A DNA stretch of 64,000 nt. It comes from Mobula hypostoma. Taxonomy: Eukaryota. The stretch spans positions 73,162,001-73,226,000 of the forward strand of contig NC_086108.1 of NCBI RefSeq assembly GCF_963921235.1, read 5' to 3'. Numbering within the stretch: the stretch's first letter is position 1; each line of letters begins with the position of its first letter. A program made the position numbers and the translations under genes. Below the pieces are notes generated by a model. The model saw only the letters and a program-made list of their open reading frames with translations. It had not been told where the DNA came from and did no database searches. Positions 52,640-63,322 of this stretch are shown in pieces.

Positions 52640-53163
52640 ACACACTGTAGTCAGGGTGAATGTTTACTTTAACAGGAACAATCACATTGCCATAGGCAAG
52701 AATTAAGGGCTCCAGTGTATTACTTCACATATGACCAAGAGGTAAGGGCCATTTAGTGGTACTTAAGTTACAATCATCATTCCTCGTAGATCCCCTCAAA
52801 TTATATTCTCTGAGTCATTAAGCTTCAGAGGTGCCCAAGCCAGATGAGATGCTTTCTGTAGTAAATGTGACTTAGTCTGTGAAAAAGCAAATGGTTAGTA
52901 AGGCAACACTGAATAATATTATTATAAACACAATTATTAAAAGTAAAATACAACAAAAGCAACATTTCTGCCTGGAGTTTGAACCTTCTTATGCTAGAAA
53001 CAGCAATGCATTCTGGATGTATTATCCATGGGTAATATATCAATGAGATATTAAAGTAAACTGGAATTTTTTCCTTGCCTTTTGGATCTAAACAAGTGTA
53101 TCTTTTCAATGCACCTCACCTCCCTTCCCCCATCGAAGTGTAGGAGTTCTGTGGTGGATCCAT
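52640..53163 (-). pseudogene. env: Foamy-type env 5' remnant (leader peptide and start of SU); remainder deleted
   Basis: ATG at 53163 (MDPP) just after the pol stop. Hydrophobic run CCFCCILLLIIVFIIILFSVALLTICFF at 52881-52964, about 65 codons in. Then PLPLGHM*SNTLEPLILAYGNVIVPVKVNI. Confidence 0.6.
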
Positions 53164-53643
53164 GTTCCGTTTAAAATAAGATTCTACTCATTCTGAGGGA
53201 ATAAATCCTGCTGGGGCAGGTTTGATGTTCATTATAGAGAAAGTTTTACACTCAACCTTGTTTCCCTTCCTGGTCTCAATTATCCTTGTCCTCTCATTGA
53301 TAACCTGGGCAATGAGACTGGGAGGTTTCCATCTCCAATGAAAACTAGGGTCAGAATTGTTTTTATGGAACTTCTTTTCTTAGACCCAGTCCCCTTTTTG
53401 TGGTTTCCAAACTGTCTTGTCAGGTTCTTTTGCTTTCTCTTAAATTCCCATAAACTCTCTCAGTTCCTTGAAGAGAGCTGTATTGGGTGTAGGCGATGGT
53501 TGATCTGAGTTAGCGATCAGGGATGTATTTAGCCGGACATTGTACATTAAGAGATAAGGTGTAACATTCTTGTGTACTCCTATTTTCACTTTGTTTACAG
53601 ATAGCTGCATTTCAGGGACAAGTGTAAATTACTTGCCTCTAGA

Positions 53644-53973
53644 GTAGCAACACACATAAAAATTGCTGGTGAACGCAGCAGGCCAGGCAGCATCTCTAGG
53701 AAGAGGTACAGTCAACGTTTTGGGCCAAGACTCTTCGTCAGGACTAACTGAAAGAAGAGATAATAAGAGATTTGAAAATGGGAGGGGGAGGGGGAGATCC
53801 GAAATGATAGGAGAAGACAGGAGGGAGAAGGGGTGGAGCCAAGAGCTGGAAAGTTGATTGGCAAAAGGGATATGAGAGGATCATGGGACGGGAGGCCTAG
53901 GGAGAAAGAAAGGGGGAGGGGGGAAGCCCAGAGGATGGGCAAGGAGTATAGTGAGAGGGACAGAGGGAGAAAA

Positions 53974-54057
<84 letters not shown>

Positions 54058-54332
54058 CGGATGGGGTACGAAGGGGAGGTGGGGCATTAGTGGAAGTTAG
54101 AGAAGTCAATGTTCATGCTATCAGGTTGGAGGCTATCCAGACAGAAAATAAGGTGTTGTTCCTCCAACCTGAGTGTGGCTTCATCTTGACAGTAGAGGAG
54201 GCCATGGATAGACATATCAGAATGGGAATGGGATGTGGACCTCTTCCTATAGATGCTGCCAGGCCTGCTGCATTCACCAGCAATTTTTATGTGTGTTGCT
54301 TGAAATTCCAGCATCTGCAGATTTCCTTGTGT
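53644..54332 (-). mobile_element. Penelope fragment with inverted end inserted in the viral integrase
   Basis: 11-bp TSD TTGCCTCTAGA at 53633-53643 and 54333-54343. (GA)n and (AAAT)n expansions at 53977-54057. Confidence 0.9.
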
Positions 54333-54856
54333 TTGCCTCTAGATTAGACTGTTTTTGCCAGGCCTCCTTAATCCCTGGATTCCTTTACTCAACATGCCAC
54401 CTGATTGGGCTGGAATGGAGTGCTGTACTCTACTCGTTTACCTGTTTGTTCACGTGTGGCTTGAATGCCTTTACCACTGAAGGAAGACCCTTAGCTGGCA
54501 CATATGCAGGCAGGAGTGCCAGCACATAGGAGGTATTATTTGCTTCTTGTCTTTTTTTAGGGAGGCATACCCAAACCTTACTTTCACCATCAGCTTCATA
54601 TTTGTACTGTGTTGGAAATCCTTCGGAACTGGGTTTAGTGGTATCAAGGAGAATTCTTACAGCATAATCCTGTTTAATTTTTTTAGTGTTACTTAGTTAC
54701 TACGAAAACCCTGACCTCCCTTACTGTAGTAAGGTCCATCCCAACAGCTTGTTCCACTTTTTGTTACCTTGTTTATTACCACAGCTGTGAAAGAGGGTTG
54801 CAGTATGTCTCAGAATGTGTAACACCTGTAACAATGATCTAGTCAATCATAATTCA

Positions 54857-55348
54857 TAAAGTTCAAAGTAAATTTATTATCAAAGTAAATATAAAGTGCT
54901 GACATTCATTTTCGTGTGGGCATATGCATGGTAGTGTGGTGGTTAGCACAATGCTGTACACAGGTGACCTGGGTTCAATTCCTGTCACTGCCTTTAAGGA
55001 GCTTGTATGTTCTCTCCGTGACCACATGAATTTCCTCTGGATACTCCAGTTACCTCCCAGAGTCCAAAGACATACCGGTTGGGAGGCTAATTGGTCCTGC
55101 GATTAGGCTGGGAGTAAATCGGAGGATCGCTGAGCGAGGGCTGGATGAGCCTATTCCGCACTGAATCTCAATATAAAGAGATAACAAAAGACTGCCCAAC
55201 TTGGATGTTCAACCAGAGTACAGAAGTCAACAAACTATGTAAATACAAAAAGAAATAAATAAAACTAATAAGTAAATAAGCAGTAAATATCGAGAACATG
55301 AGACAAAGAGTCCTTGAAAGGGAGTCCATTGGTTGTGGGAACAGTTCC
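54857..55348. mobile_element. LINE 3' UTR fragment (minus) containing a V-type tRNA SINE (plus, about 54925-55170)
   Basis: aaagttcaaagtaaatttatt tail, A/B-box-like TGGTAGTGTGG and GGTTCAATTCC, and a UTR shared with 20900-21060. Confidence 0.65.
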
Positions 55349-55684
55349 CATATGTAGTTATGGTAGCTCCCCATTCATTTGTTGGTAATTTACTGTCATT
55401 TTTCAAAGTCACAAACTCTGGATAATAACTGGTTTGTCCCTTTGTAGTTGCCTTACTGCAATAAGTGTATAGACATCCTTCTAAGGCAGTACCTTTCTGT
55501 TCTGTTGGGGTGAAATTATATGAGGGATAGTGTATGGGGGCTTGTGTTTCCTCTCCCTCATTATAGCAGCACCGCAGTGGTTTTTGCTGAAATGCTAATT
55601 TACAGAACAAGAGATTTTCTTACAACACACATCAAAGTTGCTGGTGAACGCAGCAGGCCAAGCAGCATCTATAGGAAGAGGCGC

Positions 55685-55720
55685 AGTCGACGTTTCAGGC
55701 CGAGACCCTTCGTCAGGACT
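55685..55720 (-). ncRNA. Minimal type I hammerhead ribozyme, intact
   Basis: Minus strand AGTC-CTGACGA-AGGgtctcggCCT-GAAAC-GTC-GACT. Confidence 0.75.
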
Positions 55721-56014
55721 AACTGAAGGAAGAGTGAGTAAGGGATTTGAAAGCTGGAGGGGGAGGGGGAGATGCAAAATGATAGGAGAAGACAGGAGGG
55801 GGAGGGATAGAGCCGAGAGCTGGACAGGTGATAGGCAAAAGGGGATACGAGAGGATCATGGGACAGGAGGTCCGGGAAGAAAGACAGGGGGGGGGGTGAC
55901 CCAGAGGATGGGCAAGAGGTATATTCAGAGGGACAGAGGGAGAAAAAGGAGAGTGAGAGAAAGAATGTGTGCATAAAAATGAGTAACAGATGGGGTACGA
56001 GGGGGAGGTGGGGC

Positions 56015-58165
56015 CTAGCGGAAGTTAGAGAAGTCAATGTTCATGCCATCAGGTTGGAGGCTACCCAGACGGAATATAAGGTGTTGTTCCTCCAACCTGA
56101 GTGTGGCTTCATCTTTACAGTAGAGGAGGCCGTGGATAGACATGTCAGAATGGGAATGGGATGTGGAATTAAAATGTGTGGCCACTGGGAGATCCTGCTT
56201 TCTCTGGCGGACAGAGCGTAGATGTTCAGCAAAGCGGTCTCCCAGTCTGCGTCGGGTCTCACCAATATATAAAAGGCCACATCGGGAGCACCGGACGCAG
56301 TATATCACCCCAGTCGACTCACAGGTGAAGTGATGCCTCACCTGGAAGGACTGTTTGGGGCCCTGAATGGTGGTAAGGGAGGAAGTGTAAGGGCATGTGT
56401 AGCACTTGTTCCGCTTACACGGATAAGTGCCAGGAGGGAGATCAGTGGGGAGGGATGGGAGGGACGAATGGACAAGGGAGTTGTGTAGGGAGCGATCCCT
56501 GCGGAATGCAGAGAGAGGGGGGGAGGGAAAGATGTGCTTAGTGGTGGGATCCCGTTGGAGGTGGCACTTAGTGGTGGGATTCCGTTGGAGGTGGCGGAAG
56601 TTACGGAGAATAATATGTTGGACCCGGAGGCTGGTGGGGTGGTAGGTGAGGACCAGGGGAACCCTATTCCTAGTGGGGTGGTGGGAGGATGGAGTGAGAG
56701 CAGATGTACGTGAAATGGGGGAGATGCGTTTAAGAGCAGAGTTGATAGTGGAGGAAGGGAAGCCCCTTTCTTTAAAAAATGAAGACATCTCCCTCGTCCT
56801 AGAATGAAAAGCCTCATCCTGAGAGCAGATGCGGCGGAGACGGAGGAATTGCGAGAAGGGGATGGCGTTTTTGCAAGAGACAGGGTGAGAAGAGGAATAG
56901 TCCAGATAGCTGTGAGAGTCAGCAGGCTTATAGTAGACATCAGTGGATAAGCTGTCTCCAGAGACAGAGACAGAAAGATCTAGAAAGGGGAGGGAGGTGT
57001 CGGAAATGGACCAGGTAAACTTGAGGGCAGGGTGAAAGTTGGAGGCAAAGTTAATAAAGTCAACGAGTTCTGCATGCGTGCAGGAAGCAGCGCCAATGCA
57101 GTCGTCGATGTAGCGAAGGAAAAGTGGGGGACAGATACCAGAATAGGCACGGAACATAGATTGTTCCACAAACCCAACAAAAAGGCAGGCATAGCTAGGA
57201 CCCATACGGGTGCCCATAGCTACACCTTTAGTTTGGAGGAAATGGGAGGAGCAAAAGGAGAAATTATTAAGAGTAAGGACTAATTCCGCTAGACGGAGCA
57301 GAGTGGTGGTAGAGGGGAACTGATTAGGTCTGGAATCCAAAAAGAAGCGTAGAGCTTTGAGACCTTCCTGATGGGGGATGGAAGTATATAAGGACTGGAC
57401 ATCCATGGTGAAAATAAAGCGGTGGGGGCCAGGGAACTTAAAATCATCGAAAAGTTTAAGAGCGTGAGAAGTGTCACGAACATAGGTTGGAAGGGATTGA
57501 ACAAGGGGTGATAAAACAGTGTCGAGGTATGCAGAAACGAGTTCGGTGGGGCAGGAGCAAGCTGAGACGATAGGTCGGCCAGGACAGGCAGGTTTGTGGA
57601 TCTTGGGTAGGAGGTAGAAACGGGAAGTGCGGGGTGTGGGAACTATAAGGTTGGTAGCAGTGGATGGGAGATCCCCTGAGCGGATAAAGTCAGTGATAGT
57701 GTGGGAGACAATGGCCTGGTGCTCCTTAGTGGGGTCACGATCGAGGGGTAAATAAGAGGAGGTATCCGCGAGTTGTCGCTGTGCCTCGGCAAGGTAGAGG
57801 TCAGTACGCCAGACTACAACAGCACCCCCCTTATCGGCGGGTTTAATAATAAGGTTAGGATTAGTCCGGAGGGAGTGGAGAGCAGAGCGTTCCGAAGGAG
57901 TGAGGTTGGAATGGGGACAAGGTGCGGTGAAGTCGAGACGGTTGATGTCCCGTCGGCAGTTGGCAATAAAGAGATCCAGAGCAGGCAGAAGACCAGTGCG
58001 GGGTGTCCATGAAGAAGAGGAGGGTCGAAGACGGGAGAAGGGGTCATCGGTGGGGGTGGAAGAGTCCTTGCCGAAGAAGTAGGCTCGGAGACGGAGACGG
58101 CGGAAGAAAAGTTCCGCATCGTGGCGAACACGGAACTCGCTGAGGTGTGGGCGAAGGGGGACAAA
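56015..58165 (-). CDS. Penelope RT plus GIY-YIG endonuclease frame, 5'-truncated
   Basis: ORF 56015..57406 (DVQSLYT, GVAMG, RYIDD, GVIY..LYIGET). The same phase continues upstream (IKPADKGG, FYLLPKIHK, GRPIVS) to the truncation at about 58165. Confidence 0.88.
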   Translation of the reverse strand, partial: FVPLRPHLSEFRVRHDAELFFRRLRLRAYFFGKDSSTPTDDPFSRLRPSSSSWTPRTGLLPALDLFIANCRRDINRLDFTAPCPHSNLTPSERSALHSLRTNPNLIIKPADKGGAVVVWRTDLYLAEAQRQLADTSSYLPLDRDPTKEHQAIVSHTITDFIRSGDLPSTATNLIVPTPRTSRFYLLPKIHKPACPGRPIVSACSCPTELVSAYLDTVLSPLVQSLPTYVRDTSHALKLFDDFKFPGPHRFIFTMDVQSLYTSIPHQEGLKALRFFLDSRPNQFPSTTTLLRLAELVLTLNNFSFCSSHFLQTKGVAMGTRMGPSYACLFVGFVEQSMFRAYSGICPPLFLRYIDDCIGAASCTHAELVDFINFASNFHPALKFTWSISDTSLPFLDLSVSVSGDSLSTDVYYKPADSHSYLDYSSSHPVSCKNAIPFSQFLRLRRICSQDEAFHSRTREMSSFFKERGFPSSTINSALKRISPISRTSALTPSSHHPTRNRVPLVLTYHPTSLRVQHIILRNFRHLQRNPTTKCHLQRDPTTKHIFPSPPLSAFRRDRSLHNSLVHSSLPSLPTDLPPGTYPCKRNKCYTCPYTSSLTTIQGPKQSFQVRHHFTCESTGVIYCVRCSRCGLLYIGETRRRLGDRFAEHLRSVRQRKQDLPVATHFNSTSHSHSDMSIHGLLYCKDEATLRLEEQHLIFRLGSLQPDGMNIDFSNFR

Positions 58166-58958
58166 CGTCGATTTTCTTAGGTCACTTGTCTAAAGGTCTT
58201 TTGCTTGCTAAACTGCAATTATCAATTTCTCTAGTGCCTCATAATCTCCTGGGGTTAAAACAAATGGCTTTACATTTTTTTGGTGTACAACTGTCATATA
58301 ATGGTTTTAACAATTGAACATAGCCAGGTATGAAAGCTCTAGCATAATTCAATAGGTCTCGTGTAGATGGTAAGGCTTTTATTGTCTTTAGATATCCTAT
58401 TCAAGTGACTTTTTGTCTAAATTCAGGAGTTAAAAAACATCCCTGATTTGTAATTGTCATACTTAGAAAATTTACTTTTATACGGCAGAACTGATTTTTT
58501 TTTTCTGTTAATTACATAGTTCTTGTCTGTCACTTTCAAGAAATTTATACTTTTATGAGTGAAATCCTTGCAACATTTATTGTAATAGCTGTGGCTGTAT
58601 TGAAATAGCAGGGTCAACTTTTGCCAAAAATGCGAGCTTAGGCATATGTATGCCAGTATCTTATTCATCATAAGTACAATTTTGATTAGAGTTGTTGCTA
58701 AAAATTCTCCTGTGCAGTTTTTGCTACATTAACCTTAACCCCCTCCTTATTTGCATTTTGTTATCCTGAACTGCAGGTGAGGGGGTGGATATTTGGGAGG
58801 TGACTTGTCCTGTTATATATTTGGAAGACGAACGGTGAGTCAGGCCTTGTGGTGTGTGCCCAGTTTAACAGTATACTCTTCTCTATAATATAGATGGAGC
58901 CTCTGAATTTTCCCTCTGTCTCTTCCACACAGAAAGTGGGAGGAGCTTAAGGTCAAAG

Positions 58959-59914
58959 TTCAAAGTACATTTATATACAACCTTAAGATTCACTTCCTTA
59001 CAGGCAGCCACAAAAAACAATGAAAGCCAATAGAACCCATTAAGAAAACAAGACCGTCAAACACCCAATGTGCAGAAAAAGGAACAAATCATGCAAACAG
59101 TAAAAATAAGCAAATAATATTCAGAACTGGAGCTCACGAGTGAGTCCACAGCCACGAAACCAGTCATCATTGCAGCCGATCCAGGAGCATGTTAATTGCA
59201 GGCCACAGTCTCAATTCAGCACAGGGACAAGTAAATTTTGCAGAGCAGTGAGCTGAATTCTGGCCCGTCCCTCTCTTCCAGACCCGACTCCCTGACTTTT
59301 TTAATCCAGCCCGGTGGTTAAATTGGCCAAACCTTAGGTTCTTCCTCCCCCTCGGGCCCTTTCAGGCCTGGGTACCGCTGCCTCAATTAAGCTCATACCT
59401 GACCATTCCAATCTGGCCCAGTGCTTAAACAGGCTAAACAGCAGTCCTTGCTCTCGGAGCTGAGCCCTGCTGCTTTGATACACTATTAGATCTAGGCCCT
59501 GCCGATGATGCAGCCTATACCCAAGGTTTCCAGTCTGGCCCAGTGCTTAAATCACCCAAACAGTGGGTAGTTCCTCACTCTTGTCTGGGCTCATCTCACC
59601 TCAGTTCTACTGCTTTGAATCCCCTTCAAGTCCACTCCAGCAATGGCCAAATATTGGCTCATTCCTGCTCTCGGACCCTGGCCCCACCACCTCAGTTTGG
59701 CCTGTACGCACTATGCAGCAACCATTCTGCACCTTCAAGGCTTCAGTTCACATTCAAAAATGCCAGGTCAAACAGGCAGGTTCAAAGCTCAATTACAGAA
59801 GGGAAGTTATAGGCTAGTGATTTCAGTGATTGTGTATGAGAAAAAGTGTGATTTTTAAAATAGTTAATAGTTTTGGTTGCAGCCAGCAAGTCACTGCTGT
59901 GCTTCACCTTTAAC
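58959..59914 (-). mobile_element. Non-autonomous LINE-tailed retroelement inserted in gag
   Basis: (CTTTGAA)n-type tail at the left end. Possible TSD CAAAG at 58954-58958 and 59915-59919. Confidence 0.55.
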
Positions 59915-61772
59915 CAAAGCCTATACTATAGGCCGTGGCCTATACCTAGTGTCTAGCCGTCTACTGTAGGTTGTGGGTGAATATATCTTCCTAAGGGCAG
60001 GCAGTCTCCTGGGAACTTGCTTTGTTTGTTGATTACATCTTCTCTGTTGAGAGGCTGATGTAGGGGAACACTGTGAATGCGGTCGACCTGAGGAACAAGG
60101 TTAGTTTGATAACTTTGTTACTGAGCCAATATACCCTTTAGAGGGAAAAGCAGAGAACTCTATTCCAGCAGCTTGTTGTCCTTGTGTGGGAATGAGTGGT
60201 AATCCAGCTACCGCCATGTGGGTGCACAGGAACCTGAAATCGTTCATGTATTGGGTGTTGATTAAGGGCCATTCCACACATGGTGCAGAGGTTTCCACTA
60301 GGTTAAAGGGGTAGCATCATAGAATGAACCAGGTCCCAGTTTGCTCATACCATCTGTTCTCTGAGCTTATAAACTGCTATTAAGCCCTGGCTTTTGACTA
60401 TTTTACTCAACACAGTGCTAAGTTCTCCTCATATAGTACATCTCCACTATTAATTTGTTTATAAACCCATGCATGTGGATTTTCACACTCATGTAGAGGT
60501 GGTACCATGGCTATGGGAATTATCATTAATAAGAATTGATGAGCAATGACATTACTATGAATTGCTGAAAATGTTGGGAGTATGATTGGTCCAGTATCTC
60601 CCAGTTTTCTGAAGTAGCCTCTTCAGAATTCTTTCAGCATTAGCATGTTTCCTAAAGTTGTCATAGCCAGAGGCGGTTGTGGGGATAAGCTCCCACTACC
60701 TGTAAAGTGCTCCAAATGGCATGCATCACTAACAGCCTCTGACAGCCAAGTCCAACTCTTGGCCTTCACGTGTGACTTAGCTACTAAGCCCGGTGGAACT
60801 GTTTCTACTGACAAGAGAAGGGGCAAAGGTGAACCACTGGCGCCTCAAAACCAGTTGCTTCGGGCAGGTGGGGCTCGTCAGCCTTGGACGGCAGCCCCCC
60901 TAGGGAAGGAAAACTCTGATTTTAAACCTCCGCTGCCTTGCGTCCATACCGACCCATGGGAAAGGCTTCAGGAACAAACCCCGAGGAAGAAATCCAGAAC
61001 CGGAGTACCTAAGGTAGTTTCAAAGGTTTCAAAGGTTTCAAAGGTACATTTCATGTTATAATAACAGAGAAATGTATACAATATGCACCCTGAAATTCTT
61101 TTTTTCCAACCTCCACAAAAACAGAGGAGTGCCCCAAAGGATGAATGACAGTTAAATGTAAGAACCCCAAAGATCCCCACCAGTTCCTCCTTCCCACACA
61201 AAAGCAGCAGCAAAGCAGCGATCCCCCCTCCTCCACCAACAAAAAAGCATCGGTGCCCTTCACTGAGCACTCAAGCATGCAGCAAAGCATCAATAAAGAC
61301 ACAGACTTGCAGTACCCCAAAGGCTACTCGTTCACCTGGTAATTCGACATATCACAGGCTCGCTCTCTCCCTAATAAGGGAGAAAGGGGTGTCCCGTTTC
61401 ACAGCGAGAGGGGAGACATAACAAACAACTAACTGATTTATGATGTTAAAAGTCTGTTGTGTTGCTTTTTTCGATCTCTGTGCCAAAGAACTCGGGTGTC
61501 TGGGCGCACAGCCAGCAGCCAGCTTGCTGCTTTCGATCTTCCGTCTCCCACGACACACCAATTTCCTGAGGCGGCACCAACCTCGAGTCTGCCCGCCTCC
61601 AGAGCCCTGAACCCTGAAGGCACACTAGTCTTTTAGGCCACGTCTTTGTTATATCAAATAGTGGCCGGTCGTGAGACCCCAAGTGTGGGTCCTATTCCCA
61701 CAAAGAACTGAAGCCAGCATGTAACCCAGGTCAGGGTCTTCAAAAGAACGCTGAAAGGGAAAAATAGGGATA

Positions 61773-63322
61773 CAGCTTTCCCCCGCCATCTGAAGGTAGA
61801 GCGTTCCTATGAAACGGTTCGTAAGCCGAAATGTCATAAATCGAAGAAGCAATTACCATTTATTTATATGGGAAAATTTTGTGAGCGTTTGCAGACCCAA
61901 AAATAACCTACTAAATCATGCCAAATAACACATAAAACCTAAAATAACAGTAACATATAGTAAAAGCAGGAATGATATGATAAATACACAGCTTATATAA
62001 AGTAGAAATACTTTTCCCAATCATTACTGAACTGTTCTCCATAGCGAAAATCTCACACAAGCGCAGTCGGCAGAAAATCTCACGCAAGCGCTGTTGGCAA
62101 GAACACTCTCTGTAGTAACCCTTAAGCTATGAAGCTGGCAAATCATACCAAATAACACGTAAAAATACACAGCCTATATAAAGTAGAAATAATGTATGTA
62201 CAGTGTAGTATCACGTACCGGAATCGGGAAGACAGCTTGCCGAGCACACTGATGATGATGTGTTAGACTGAGTCGTCGCAGGCTGGGATGGTGCAGTGGC
62301 CCCCATCCTCCAGGTGGCTGAGTGATACATTACCACGAAGAACGCAGGGGTCCAGCGGTAGCCGGGAGGTACACAGCACATCTTTAAGAAAAAAGCCGAA
62401 ACAAACATGCTAATTAATTAGGTGCCGCCCGTAATTGTCGGCCCAGATCAGTGCTGATTTCCGATTGCGTCGTCTCTGATCTGGGCCGACAATTACGTGT
62501 GGGCGGCACCTAATTAATTAGCATGTTTATTTCGGCTTTTTTCTTAAAGATGTGCTGTGTGCCTCCCGGCTACCTTTGCATTCTCCATGAATCGGTATCT
62601 GTCCGTGGCCTGGGGGTTGGGGTGGTGGGACACTGGGGTGTCATCTCGTCGTCTGTTTCCATTAGAGCAGGCAGCTCATCTTCTATCTCTGCCCACCTCG
62701 ATGTCGAAGGTCAAGGTTTGTCGTCTGCTGTGGCTGATGTGAAAGGCTTGCTTGACTGCTGAGCCTCGCGCATTTTTCTATCACACAGTTCTTTAATAAG
62801 GACTGAAACCATCCTGCAAATATCCCCTAAACCAACGTACCCTTTCAAAACTAGAGTCATACTTTATCATTACTCATTCAGTTTCGATTGTTATCCTTTT
62901 TTCTTCCAATTGCTTCAGCTCTTCATCTGTCAGTTCTTGGTGATGGGATGCCAAAACCTCTTCAACATCATGTTCGTTAGCTTCCCCAAGCCAAACTCAC
63001 TTTGTCCTACTTCGTTCACCACGATCAAAATGCTTAATGATGTCTAGTTTTACCGTAAGTGTAACAGCCTTACGAGCTCTTTCAGGCTTTTCCGATACCA
63101 TAGAACTCATCTTGCAAACGGCTGCTCACAGGCTCGTGTTAAAGCAATGCCGTTCTGAATCCGGGGGAGAGCGGCTGCTCGGGACGCGCTGCCTTTTATC
63201 GCGCGCTGAATTTTTTTTCGTAAGTGAAAACACCTTCTGAAAGCGAAAACAGGATACTAACATAGGTCTTTCGTAACAGTGAGGTTTCGTAAAGCGAACA
63301 TTCGAAAAGCGGGTGACACCTG
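61773..63322 (-). mobile_element. Internally deleted Tigger/pogo DNA transposon
   Basis: TA flanks, imperfect TIRs CAGCTTTCCCCCGC / GCGGGTGACACCTG. From ATG at 63110, RARKAVTLTVKLDIIKHFDRGE (psq-type HTH) joins directly to the C-terminal DVEEVLASHHQELTDEELKQL. Confidence 0.85.
62357..62574. repeat. Long near-perfect inverted repeat (about 95-99 bp arms, 24-nt loop)
   Basis: Arms 62357-62451 and 62476-62574 differ by two substitutions and one 4-nt indel. Confidence 0.95.

Larger units (their letters stand above)
55623..58169 (-). mobile_element. Young 5'-truncated Penelope-like element inserted in the viral RT connection domain
   Basis: 10-bp TSD GATTTTCTTA at 55613-55622 and 58170-58179. 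Confidence 0.95.
53188..58671 (-). pseudogene. pol: Foamy-type pol remnant (protease trace, RT thumb/connection, RNase H end, integrase)
   Basis: 58475-58293: VNFLSMTITNQGCFLTPEFRQKV..LLNYARAFIPGYVQLLKPLYD. About 55570-55480: CYNEGEETQAPIHYPSYNFTPTEQK. About 54820-54770: LHILRHTATLFHSCGNK. 54624-54528: EGFPTQYKYEADGESKVWV..QIIPP. 54493-54407: GSSFSG..VEYSTPFQP. 53643-53188: LVPEMQLSVN..TPYLLMY..WKPQKGDWV*EK..RWKPPSLIAQVINERT..SIMNIKP, stop at 53188-53190. Confidence 0.9.

Noticed and set aside
53113..53130. Minus-strand purine run GGGGAAGGGAGGTGAGG as the proviral PPT
   Set aside because: Lies inside the env 5' region with no LTR start following.
53833..54109. ORFs with RERERE or LSLSLS runs
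   Set aside because: Translations of a (GA)n microsatellite within a Penelope UTR.
58935..59930. GFDLK formed after removing the insertion, as a foamy YxLR chromatin-binding motif
   Set aside because: Too short and dependent on an ambiguous 5-bp TSD.
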